A stretch of DNA of 64,000 bases from Octopus vulgaris (GCA_951406725.2 OX597833.1:50220001-50284000); one strand, 5' to 3'. Numbered from the stretch's first letter, positions 13,736-25,125 are shown. Made by a program: numbers and translations. The notes: generated by a model from the sequence alone, not told the origin.

Positions 13736-14746
13736 TATATATTATTTAATTCACTTCCCCTTCAAAAATTGCTGGCCTTCTATCAAAATTAGGCAAAAAT
13801 ATTACTATTGCAGAAAGGCAACGACCTAACAGCATCGTTAGAAAATGGAAGTGAGGTTGTTGCGCTGACTTATTTTTATCTTTGTTTCTTATATTTTTGA
13901 GTTCAAATTCCATCAATTTCTACTCTATTTTCAACTCCTTTGTGGTTTATAAAATACAATGTTAGTCATATTCTTGGATCGATGATGTCGACTGACCTCC
14001 TCGTCGCAAAATTGTTAGCTTTGTATTTAAAGTAACAACAAAATATTATTTCACACGCGAAGACTGCTAGCAAACAATAAATACAAGGATATAATCATTT
14101 CTTCATAATATTTGACAGGATTAGAAGTTTGAATTTGAGATTAAGGAATAATGGAAAACACGCGTATAATATACATATTCAATTTTCTTATTTTGCTTAT
14201 CAATTACGAAGTTCTTAAAATTTCTAGTCGATGGTAACCACATATAGAACGATTTCATTCTTTATAGAAATCATCAGCATGGCGTAACCCAAGCTGAAAG
14301 ATAAATTATTATTAATCTTCCCCGATAACGTAAGAAGAAGTCAGTGGCATAGAATCGAATCAACTCCCTATTCTCTTCCTTTATGTAATTTCCTATGGAA
14401 GCCTATAGCGAACGTGAGAGGAGAAAACATCGTTATTAATGTGAAACTAGTTTTCATCTTATCTATATAATCGAGGGAAAGAATAGATTTCATAAACACC
14501 CATTTATTTTGATAAAATTTAAGAGCTACGTTGTTCCTTAGATGGATTATGCTGTTCTTTAACCTTAACTTAAACATAGCCATCCAGTCTCTCTGTATTC
14601 TTATGATTACAGTGTTTAATCTAATTCTTCGTTCATAAGATTTTGATAGAGATTTGGCAGTCATTTTAAGTAAATTCAATGATCGGATCGCACCAAGTTT
14701 CTCAGGGTGGCTTCATCATTCCATTGTATATAACATAGATATCGAA

Positions 14747-14870
14747 GGTGTGTGGCTTAGTGGTTAGAAGTCTTCGGCTCACGATCCTGAGTTCGATTCC
14801 TAGCGGCGAGTTGTGACCTTGAGCAAGACACTTTATTTCACGTTGCTCCATCCTAGTCAGATGGCAAAAA
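14747..14870 (+). mobile_element. SINE family C 5' fragment
   Basis: gtggcttagtggttaga..gagttcgattcc..ccttgagcaagacactttatttcacgttgctcca. Confidence 0.8.
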
Positions 14871-15869
14871 TAATATATGTAGGGAGATAAGGAATTCGAG
14901 GTCCAGCTTATCAAAATCAATTCACAGAAAACCGAAAAATCCCAAATTTCACTCTTCAGCAATTTGTGTGGTTCTGGGTGTACATAGGTTTAGATCAAAT
15001 AAAGAAATATATATGCTCAATTTTGTGTATTGACTTCTATCACACCTGTCTCTCCCACTAAACCTCTATATGAGTGTTTGTTTATTTGCGTGTGTGTGCG
15101 CGCACGCGCCTGTTTGCATCTTTTGGATCTTGTGCGAAACTCGCGTCAAATCTCGCTTCAGTAGCGAAAATTTACATTGGTAATCCCCAAGGAAAATACT
15201 TAGACGTGACAATGTGCTATTAATTTTTCAATAAATATAGAATATTTGAGAACTCGATATGATCGACCACGTTGATGTTTAGCTGACAGACTATTCAATA
15301 CCTTAGATATTGTTTTATTGAGACTTTTCAGGATTATTTTAGGTTTCCAATATTTTTTCAGTTGTTAGTCTTCAATAGTTGAGTTGCGACTAAACTCCGT
15401 GCAATGTTATTAGAAATCCATGAAGATATCATTTTCCAAATTAGTAAAATTCTATAAAGGAGGGTCATATAAAAATGAAGAAAGAAGGCTGTTTACAGGT
15501 TTCTAACAGTTTTTCATTTCTTCTCATCTAAACTTACTTTGTACAGTACTATAAAAATATAATGAATTACTTAAGTTTGTGAAAATATATAAAGTGAGGG
15601 ACTTCTAAGTAAAATGGGAAAAAAAACCAAAAAAAAACCTTAACATGTTAAATATATTATTGTAGGATGAAAGTCGTCTAAAGCGGAATTTGAACTTGAG
15701 CCGGAAAAATGCCGCTAAAATATTTGTCTGACGCTTTAAGGATACTGCCAGATCGTTACTGCAATAACAATTGCATTTGATCAGGCACAAGGCCACCAAT
15801 GAGAAAATGAGTTTAGTCGATGTCATCGTCCCCAGTATATTACTAATCGTTTGTTTTATAGACTGCCCC

Positions 15870-16617
15870 TCGGCGGTTCTGAGTTCAAATTCCGCCGAGG
15901 TCCACTTTGCCTTTCATTCTTTCGGGGTCGATTAAATAAGAACCAGCTACGCACTGGGGTCGATATGATTGACTTAATTCGTTTGTCTGTCCTTGTTTGT
16001 CCTCTCTGCGTTTAGCCCCCTGTAGGTAGTAAAGAAATAGGTATTTCGTGTGCCGTTACGTTCTGAGTTGAAATTCCGCCGAGGTCGACTTTGCCTTTCA
16101 TCCTTTCGGGGTCGATTAAATAAGAACCAGCTACGCACTGGGGTCAATATAATTGACTTAATCCGTTTGTCTGTCCTTGTTTGTCCCCTTTATGTTTAGC
16201 CCCTTGTGGGCAATAAAGAAATAAGAATCGTTAGCATACCAGGCGAAATGCTTAGCGGTATTTCGTCTGTCTTTACGTTGCGAGTTCAAATTCCGCCGAG
16301 GTCGACTTTGCCTTTCATCCTTTCGGGGTCGATAAATTAAGTACCAGTTACGCACTGGGGTCGATGTAATCGACTTAATACCAATGTCTGTCCTTGTTTG
16401 TCCCTTCTGTGTTTAGCCCCTTGTGGGTAATAAAGAAATAGGTATTTCGTCTGCGTTACGTTGTGAGTTCAAATTTCGCCGAGGTCGACTTTGGCTTTCA
16501 TCCTTTCGGGGTGGTCGATAAAATGAGCACCAGTTACGCACCGGGGTCGAGGTAATCGACTTAATCCCTCTCGGCAAATCTGAGGCCTTGTGCTTGCTAC
16601 CAGTAGAAAGGATTATT
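15870..16617 (+). mobile_element. Head-to-tail array of four SINE family B units (about 184 bp period)
   Basis: Core tt.(t/c)gagtt.aaatt.cgccgagg recurs at about 15877, 16061, 16278 and 16461. Confidence 0.92.
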
Positions 16618-17031
16618 AGAGAGAGTATTTCAGAGAACGAGAACAATATATTCAAGGAGAGACAGAACTTGAACAAAATGCTACCACGACGGAAAAACCA
16701 ACTGCAAGTGTATTTTGAACGAGATGTACATAAGAAACGTGTTTACTGGGACTAGCTTACAACATTCGTGTAAATACTAGAACGTATGTCTTGTTTACTC
16801 AGAACCTCATATGTGATTTGTCAGAACAGATCCTCACATTTGTTTTTCGTGATGCTTACGTCTCTGTAGTAGTTTTGCTTTTATTTTTGTTGTTGTTGTT
16901 GTTCTAACTCTCTTCGTAGGATCTTATTCCACACGTAGTAATATGGAGGTATTGTGTTGAAATGACAATGAACGCGTTTAAATAATGTGTAAGCAATAAA
17001 CACACAAGAATGATTATCAACAAACATATGT

Positions 17032-17535
17032 GAAGAAGAAGAAGAAGAAGAAGAAGAAGAAGAAGAAGAAGAAGAAGAATTGAAGAAGAAGAAGAATTGG
17101 AAGAAGAAGAAGAAGAAGAAGAAGAAGAAGAAGAAGAAGAAGAATTGGAAGAATTGGAAGAAGAAGAAGAAGAAGAAGAAGAAGAAGAAGAAGAAGAAGA
17201 AGCAGAATTGGAAGAAGAAGAAGAAGAAGAAGAAGAAGAAGAAGAAGAAGAAGAAGAAGACGAAGAAGAAGAATTGGAAGAAGAAGAAGAAGAAGAAGAA
17301 GAAGAAGAAGAAGAAGAAGCAGAATTGGAAGAAGAAGAAGAAGAAGCAGAATTGGAAGAAGAAGAAGAAGAAGAAGAAGAAGAAGAAGAAGAAGAAGAAG
17401 AAGAAGAAGAATTGGAAGAAGAAGCAGATTTGGAAGAAGAAGAAGAAGAAGAAGAAGAAGAAGAAGAAGAAGAAGAAGAAGAATTGGAAGAAGAAGAAGA
17501 AGAAGAAGAAGAATTGGAAGAAGAAGAAGAAGAAG
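17032..17535. repeat. About 500-bp (GAA)n tract interrupted by TTG/GCA units
   Basis: Directly visible. Confidence 0.97.
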
Positions 17536-17741
17536 GTAAACGAATAGAGTAAATAGTGTTTAAATCATAGTTTATGGTCCAAAGACAAGTAACAGCAGGG
17601 ATGGGCAATAGAAGTTAAGGGAGAGATGACAAGGACATGAAACAGAAACAAGTTTATGTCTGTAATATTATAAGAGAATGATACTTGATTCCACCACGAG
17701 ATTCGTTTCTTTGCTTTCGTTTAGATGACACATGCACAAAC

Positions 17742-17788
<47 letters not shown>

Positions 17789-17834
17789 TAATAATAACAA
17801 TAATAATGATAATAATAATAATGATAATAATAAC

Positions 17835-17866
<32 letters not shown>

Positions 17867-17897
17867 TAATAATAATAATAACAATAATAATAATAAC

Positions 17898-17944
<47 letters not shown>

Positions 17945-17976
17945 CAATGATGATAATGATAATGATAATAATAATG

Positions 17977-18032
<56 letters not shown>

Positions 18033-18048
18033 GATGATGATGATGATG
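17742..18048. repeat. (AAT)n trinucleotide tract
   Basis: Directly visible. Confidence 0.97.
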
Positions 18049-18189
18049 GGGATAATAAAAAATCACAATTGCTTTTTAATAGCACCGTGCCGTAAGTTCA
18101 GAGAACCACTTTGTCAGGTCCGAAAACACACAAAAAAGGAAAACAAAACGACGGCCCCCACCCACCCACCCACATACATACGTGCACAG

Positions 18190-18220
<31 letters not shown>

Positions 18221-18371
18221 GACACACAGACAGACAGACACACAAGCATATACATATACACACATACAAATGACTTTTAGTCTTATGTTGGTTTCATCTA
18301 TTGGTTCTCAGGCTATGCTGAGGCGTCGCGCCCCGCCCCGCCCAAGTTTAAGCTGGTATAATATATACATT

Positions 18372-18545
18372 GGTTTCAAATTTTGGCACAAGGCCAGCAT
18401 GTTCGAGGAGTGAGGATAAGTCAGGTGTTAAGTTGGTTACATCGACCCCAGTATTCAACTGGTACTTAAAGTCGACCTCGGGGGAATTTGAACTCAGAAC
18501 GTAAAGACGGGCGAAATACAGCTAAGCATTCCGCCAGTTCGCCGT
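18372..18545 (-). mobile_element. SINE family B copy with internal deletion
   Basis: atcgaccccagt..actggtactt..aagtcgacctcgggggaatttgaactcagaacg. Confidence 0.8.
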
Positions 18546-18549
18546 TTGG

Positions 18550-18595
<46 letters not shown>

Positions 18596-18792
18596 TGTGT
18601 GTGTGTGTATGTGTGTGTGTGTGTGTGTGTGCGTGTACGTACTATCGATCGTCGGTCTCTATTGCTAGCAATATGGAAGAGTCTCTGGTCTTTCTTTAGC
18701 GTAACTTCTTCGCTGCCTCTCAATCGGCTTAGCTGGATAAGGGTCATGTATGCTATACTCCTTTCACGGATTCAAACACTCCGGGATCCGGG

Positions 18793-19121
18793 ACCCCCTT
18801 CGGTCACGACACAGACCATGGGATTGCACCTAGAAAGTTACCCTCCTAGTCACAAGTCTGGGCATGGTTGTTTTTATGGAAGACCAGCAGTCGCCCATGC
18901 ATACCGGCCTCCCCTCTCCACGCCACCAGTGTTATCCAAGGGAAAGGCAAAGGCTGATACAGCTTGGCACTCGTGACGTCGCAACTCATTTCTACAGCTG
19001 AGTGAACTGGAGCAACGTGAAATAAAGTGTCTTGCTCAAGAACACAATACGCAGCCCGGTCCGGGATTCGAGCTCACAACCTCACGATCGTAAGCTCGAC
19101 GCTCTAACCACTGAGCCATGC
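18793..19121 (-). mobile_element. SINE family C, full length (tRNA head, CORE-like centre, possibly RTE-like tail)
   Basis: Reverse complement starts gcatggctcagtggttagagcgtc..gagctcgaatcccgg; central ttgagcaagacactttatttcacg..cagctgtagaaatgagt; homologous to 63662-63950. Domain names are from recall. Confidence 0.85.
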
Positions 19122-19326
19122 AAACTTGTAATATCACTAAAATTCAAGTGATTAAATTAGGGAATATAACAGCAGGTTGAATTCGTAATTCAAAAACGTT
19201 CGGCCTTGTCACACACTATGGCCACGCTGATTCTGCGATTCGGCCTGTGAATCATGTCAATAGTCCACGTGTCCATGGAAGAATGCCCTGCCACTTGCAC
19301 ATTAGTTCAGGTTCAAGTGACACACT

Positions 19327-19369
19327 TGGCAGAACACTCTAATATTCACTGCCAAACGACGGAAATCCA

Positions 19370-19417
<48 letters not shown>

Positions 19418-20583
19418 AATATTAGGGAATAAATCCAAATTTACAGGGAAAAAAATCAGATTTAGGATTAAATCCAATTTTATAGTAAAATATTATAAAA
19501 TATTATTAGAGACAAAACCACTATTTTGCAAAACAAACAAGGAAAGACTTAATCAATACATAAAATTTTAATAAATAGTCAAAAAAACCGCCACTACAAT
19601 TGTTTCTTGTCTTGATCGACAATCTTCAGGTGGACTTCCAATCTAAAATATCAATATTTTAAAATATAAAAATAATAATTTTAAAATAATTAAAGTATTA
19701 ATGAAAAAATATAAATATATAATCCATATATAACCTATATATAATCCATATATAATCAATATATAAACAATATATAAACTAAAATAAACCTATCAACAAT
19801 TAAATATAAAATATAAAATATAAAATATAAAATATAAAATATAAAACAAAACAAAAAAATAATAATAATATAATAATAAACTATATATACACCCATACAC
19901 ATATAACTAATTATATATAACCATATCTAACTACATACACTAAATCACACACCTATATATATATCCCTATACATACACATAAAAACGTCTAGGCAACGAT
20001 AAATAAATAAAATAGCTAAATACTTCAACACAATACTTATTCATACTCCCACACACACACATACAACCCACATTCACGCTCTAGAAACGGACATCACTTA
20101 AAATTATGAACGGAGAAATGGAATAAATGGAATTAAAAATTATATTCACTTGGTAAAACGAACACTACTTAAAAATTATGAATGAAACAATGCAATAAAA
20201 CAACAGACATCGCAAATAGACACAAATTACTACGAATTCCTTAAAAATCCTACCATGATAAACCAAAACTCATAAAAACATATAATGATAAAATCTCCCT
20301 TTACTAAACTCTATAACATACCTATATAGCAATCCCCCTAGCCTAAACATTCACACACAAATACACACACGTAAACCACACACCCACGACATATACAAAT
20401 ACCCACACCACTTACACATACCTATACATACATATAAACCTCAACATATACTCCAAAAACCCACTCAACCCCACACAGACAAATAAACACAAAAATTATG
20501 AATGGATTCTTTTATAAAACTACCATATATATATATATGGTGGATTTCCGTCGTTTGGCAGTGAATATTAGAGTGTTCTGCCA
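19327..20583 (-). mobile_element. Penelope-like or retrozyme-like element bounded by a perfect 46-bp inverted repeat, carrying a hammerhead ribozyme
   Basis: 19327-19372 (tggcagaacactctaatattcactgccaaacgacggaaatccacca) is the exact reverse complement of 20538-20583; inner TA tracts on both sides; strongly strand-skewed interior; hammerhead at 19591-19633. Confidence 0.65.
19591..19633 (-). ncRNA. Minimal type-I hammerhead ribozyme
   Basis: Minus strand: ccac-CUGAAGA-uuguc(gaucaa)gacaa-GAAA-c(aauu)GUA-gugg; complete core, 4-bp stem I, 5-bp stem II, palindromic ACAAUUGU stem III, GUA cleavage triplet. Confidence 0.85.
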
Positions 20584-20602
20584 TATATATATATATATAT
20601 AT

Positions 20603-20745
20603 AATCCAAACAACAAAGCACAAAAAACACAACAACGCGAGAACGTGGAACAAATATAGTATTATTGGACGCTCAGGAAAGAAGGAAAGAAGAAGGGTTT
20701 AGCGCTTCGAGCGAAGCTCTTCGTTGGAAACATAGGAGAAGGAGA
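20603..20745 (-). mobile_element. Penelope-like terminal fragment with mutated hammerhead (20697-20731)
   Basis: Reverse complement matches 59660-59805; motif gttt-CCAACGA-a-gagc-ttc-gctc-GAAGC-GCT-aaac. Confidence 0.6.
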
Positions 20746-20920
20746 TATATATATATATATATATGCGTGTGTGTGTGTGTGTGTGCGCGCACTTATAATA
20801 AGGGATTTTATTATACGCATGTATTACAATTTTTCTGAATTTTCTGAATTTTCAGATTTTCTAAATGCTAGGCTACTGGTTTTAAATTGATGACAAATTA
20901 ATATTCAATTTATCACCCTC

Positions 20921-20958
<38 letters not shown>

Positions 20959-20959
<1 letters not shown>

Positions 20960-21169
20960 TCTTTTACTCGTTTCATTCATTTGACTGCGGCCATGCTGGA
21001 GCACCGCCTTTAACCGAGCAACTCGACCCCGGGACTTATTCTATTGTAAGCCCAGTACTTATTCTATCGGTCTCTTTTGCCGAACCGCTAAGTAACGGGG
21101 ACATAAACACACCAGCATCGGTTGTCAAGCAATGCTAGGGGGACAAACACAGACACACAAACACACACA

Positions 21170-21223
<54 letters not shown>

Positions 21224-21388
21224 TACGACGGGCTTCTTTCAGTTTCTGTCTACCAAATCCACTCACAATGCTTTGGTCGGCCCGAGGCTATAGTAGAAGA
21301 CACTTGCCCAAGGTGCCACGCAGTGGGACTGAACCCGGAACCATGTGGTTGGTAAACAAGCTACTTACCACACAGCCACTCCTGCGCC
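20959..21388 (-). mobile_element. SINE family A, full length
   Basis: Reverse complement of family A from the ctcttttac tail to the cacagccactcctgcgcc head. Confidence 0.92.
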
Positions 21389-21389
21389 T

Positions 21390-21423
<34 letters not shown>

Positions 21424-21631
21424 CATATACATACACACAAGCATACATACATACATACATACATACATACATACATACATACATACATACATACATGCAT
21501 ACATATATGCACATATATATTATATATGATACTGTGAAAATAATAAGGGTAGAAAATTTAGAAAAATTTCCATACCGGTGGTTAGCATGCGTAATAAAAT
21601 CAATAGATAACATATTTTCATATATAATAGA

Positions 21632-21981
21632 GTACAAACAATTTACGTATTTATACCCGAAAGAAGAGACCTTTAGCAGGGCACCTTACATGCTAGAAAG
21701 GGCAGTTAAAGCCCAAACCATGTATAAGCGCAATTTCAAAGGAAATGAAAATAGAAAATATTTTAGCGCCCCCACTGAAGAAGTACGGATGGCATATTAT
21801 TTTATTTTGCTCATTGATACCCTCGAGTCTGAGGGTAACTACAAAGATATTCTTTTTTATATTTCCATTCCCTTTGAAATTACATTTATTCATGGTTTGG
21901 GCTTTAACTGCTCTTTCTAGTATGTAAGGTGTCCAATCAAAGATCACCACTTTCATGTATAAATAAGTACATTGTTTGTAC
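21632..21981. mobile_element. Fold-back MITE with about 125-bp imperfect inverted arms
   Basis: gtacaaacaat...caccttacatgctagaaagggcagttaaagcccaaaccatg...ttcaaagg versus cctttgaa...catggtttgggctttaactgctctttctagtatgtaaggtg...attgtttgtac. Confidence 0.82.
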
Positions 21982-22154
21982 AGTATCATATGTTATATAT
22001 GATATACATGCATGCATATATGCATATATATATATACGATATTATATATGATATATTATGTACACACACACACATACACACACACACACATATATATATA
22101 TGTATGTATATACGTATGTATATATGCATATATATATTATTTATATTATTATAT

Positions 22155-22795
22155 GATTGAACGCCACGCATCCTCTTCCAGGTAAGTTTTATCTTAATAA
22201 TTCTGATGCTCATTCTATACGATCTTTTTAGTCTTTCGTTTTTCTCTCTTTCTCTCTCTTATTCTTTTACCTCCTCTTCTCCCACTATTCTATCCTATTA
22301 CTCTGTAACTCTCTCTCCCTCACTCCTCCTCTTTTTCTCAGGTGCCTCCCGCGGGACCATTGGCCATCTTTCTTTCTTCTCCTAACTTGTGTTTCTTTCT
22401 CTCTGCTGTAGCTGGAGCAAGGAGGACGTGTTCTTGTATGTCTCCTGTCCAAGCTTGATTTACGCGTTCGCCACCACAACCTCATTTAGGCTTAGCAATC
22501 CTTCCTGTTTGTTTTCACTGTCCTGTTTCTGTTACCAAATTTGACCCTCCGCAAAATCCCAAATTTTATTTAATTTGCTTTGCGGGAACAACTGTTTTAT
22601 CGAAGGTGTATATTGTTGTTAAATGCTCGAAATAAGAGAATAGAAAAACAGCCAACAACTGATGAAAGGCCATTCTTTATGTTGTTTGTCTTGTTTTCCA
22701 TTTGTGTCTTTCGTTGTTCGAAAAAATAGTTCATATTCTAAGTATTCGTACTTCGTATTTTATGTTGTACACATTTTTCATGACGTCTCGTGCCC
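22155..22795 (+). mobile_element. Unclassified insertion between TA tracts with an intact GT-AG intron (22182-22341); possibly Penelope-like
   Basis: ccag|GTAAGT donor, long pyrimidine tract, ttttctcAG|g acceptor, downstream CTGATGA motif; TA microsatellite on both sides. Confidence 0.4.
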
Positions 22796-22800
22796 ATATA

Positions 22801-22835
<35 letters not shown>

Positions 22836-23015
22836 GTATAGATGTGAGTATGTACATATGCGTATGTATATATGCATATATATATATATTATTTATAATA
22901 TTATATATATATATATGTGTGTGTGTATGTATATCCATAGATACTTACATATATCTATGTGTCTGTGTATAGATATATGTGTGCATGTGCGTATATATAT
23001 ATATATGTATATATG

Positions 23016-23064
<49 letters not shown>

Positions 23065-23067
23065 ATG

Positions 23068-23121
<54 letters not shown>

Positions 23122-23803
23122 CAGACACACACAGGGACAGCGGGTGTGAGAAAGAGAAAGAAAGACAGAAAAGGAGATAGATAGATAGATAGATAGACAG
23201 AAAGAGAGAGAGAGGGAGAGAACAAAACACACACTGGCACAAATACAGATTCATATCGTATAAGACAGACAAAGACAGATAAATCCGCATTACATTATAG
23301 GCTCCACGAAGACTGAGTGAGCTATAAAAATTTGATTCCTGCTTCAGTAATTTCACTTTATTTAATCCTCGTAACCATGATTTCAATAACCCAGAGAAGA
23401 ATGGACTCCATAGGCTGACGTGTTCTTCTGACACAGCATGAGCATTAAGCGTTCAACGGTGAACCACGATACTATTAAGTGTTACATTACAATTTCATAT
23501 AACAGTAGACACCCAAACAGCACAACATCGAAATTTCTGTAACGCACATAGTCACACCCATACATATAATTACTTACATACATACATACATACATGCATA
23601 CATACATACATACATACATACATACATACATACATACTTACGTACAAGCGTTCATGCATACATACATGCTAACATGCATGTATACACACATACTTATACA
23701 CACTCAGACCAGGAAGAGGCAAACGTACATTTATTTATATTTAGAAGGAAAACGTTGATAGTGACTTCGAAATCTTGAGTGATCTTTCAATTTAATGTTC
23801 AAT

Positions 23804-23865
<62 letters not shown>

Positions 23866-24017
23866 TATACATGAAGGCTTAAGGCTCAGGCAGACTCACA
23901 CGAGCAAACTGAGTCCTCAACTTGTGCCATTTACCAAAAATTTTGCAAAGCACCTTGCAAACCTACATGTCCATAGAACATGATTAACGCCTTATTTTAC
24001 TGATGAGAGAACCTATA

Positions 24018-24094
<77 letters not shown>

Positions 24095-24096
<2 letters not shown>

Positions 24097-24265
24097 TACA
24101 AAAATGGGTGAAGAACGTAAAACATCCAGATGGTTAGGTGATACAAAAAAGGGGACAACAAAACATCCAGGCAGACGATACAAGGAAACAAAGACGGGTC
24201 ATTCGGAGTTTTCTATCCTCAGTCGAGTTCCAGATTATCTTTGCAATTTCGGCTGGCTATATACT
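24095..24265 (-). mobile_element. Unclassified repeat fragment related to 50555-50660
   Basis: Reverse complement gactgaggatagaaaactccgaatgacccgtct versus gactgaagattaaaggcttcgaatgacccgtct at about 50588. Confidence 0.5.
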
Positions 24266-24328
<63 letters not shown>

Positions 24329-24499
24329 GTGCAGAGTTTGGGTTTTATTCCATTGGTACTCCAAGACTCGCGTAATGGCCCCTTACAGGAAAAACTGACA
24401 GTAACAGCAAAGCTTCGAGTGATGCTTCAACCTTCCTTATTCATAGATTTACATAAGAAACATTGATATATATATATCATGTTGATTCGCTAGCCTCTG

Positions 24500-24657
24500 C
24501 ACGCATTTTTTTCTCTCCTTGTTTCTTTCTGTTGAAGAGCGTAGGCTCGAAACGTAAAAGACTTGTTTTATTTATATTCCTGAGCGCCATACTAATACAA
24601 TTGTTTGTTTGTATTCCACCTGCCTTCGTCTTTTGTTTACTTTCATAAAGCTTCCCG

Positions 24658-24660
<3 letters not shown>
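24500..24660 (+). mobile_element. Penelope-like terminal fragment with hammerhead-like motif (24525-24560)
   Basis: cttt-CTGTTGA-a-gagc-gtag-gctc-GAAAC-GTA-aaag; ends in (TA)n; homologous to 950-1115. Confidence 0.6.
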
Positions 24661-24744
<84 letters not shown>

Positions 24745-24904
24745 AGGGTTTAGCAAAAAGTTGCTTCACCACATACCGAAAATTTAGAAATAGCAGTCTA
24801 AAACCGCTAATTCTTTTAACTACAATTTAACTCCACAGACAGCAATACTCGTAACTCACATAGGCAAAAAGAAGAAAAAAAAATAACGAAATCAACTAGC
24901 TGCA

Positions 24905-25125
24905 GATGGCAGATTCGGTTAGTACGCAGGGCAAAATGCTTAAAAGTATTTCGTACGCCTTCATGTTTGAGTTCAAATTCCGCCGAATTTGAATTTTTCT
25001 TTCCATCCTTTTTTTTCTGTGGGCGGTGGGGCGCAGTAAAATAAGTAGCAGTTGAACACTGGAATCGATGTAATTATCTTATCCCCTCCCTTGAAATTTC
25101 TGGCCCTGTGCCAAAATTTGAAATG
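24905..25125 (+). mobile_element. Degenerate SINE family B
   Basis: gagttcaaattccgccga..aaataagtagcagttgaacactgg..tcgatgtaat. Confidence 0.75.

Noticed and set aside
14747-14805. tRNA-like A/B boxes here and at other SINE heads
   Set aside because: No complete cloverleaf, and they continue into SINE bodies, so they are not tRNA genes
16158-16355. Recurrent peptide RNWYLxxRPRKDERQSRPRRNLNS in many ORFs
   Set aside because: Antisense translation of SINE family B, not a gene family
15870-16617. CRISPR-like regular repetition (also 28573-30067)
   Set aside because: Whole units repeat with no unique spacers and no cas genes; eukaryotic SINE arrays
16904-18273. Poly-S/K/E/L/Y/N/I ORFs
   Set aside because: Translations of (GAA)n and (AAT)n, open in multiple frames on both strands
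24195-24255. CTGAGGA/CTGAAGA...CGAATG motif shared with 50590; lone CTGATGA at 24000 and 38652
   Set aside because: GAAU instead of GAAA or no partner at all, and no consistent stems
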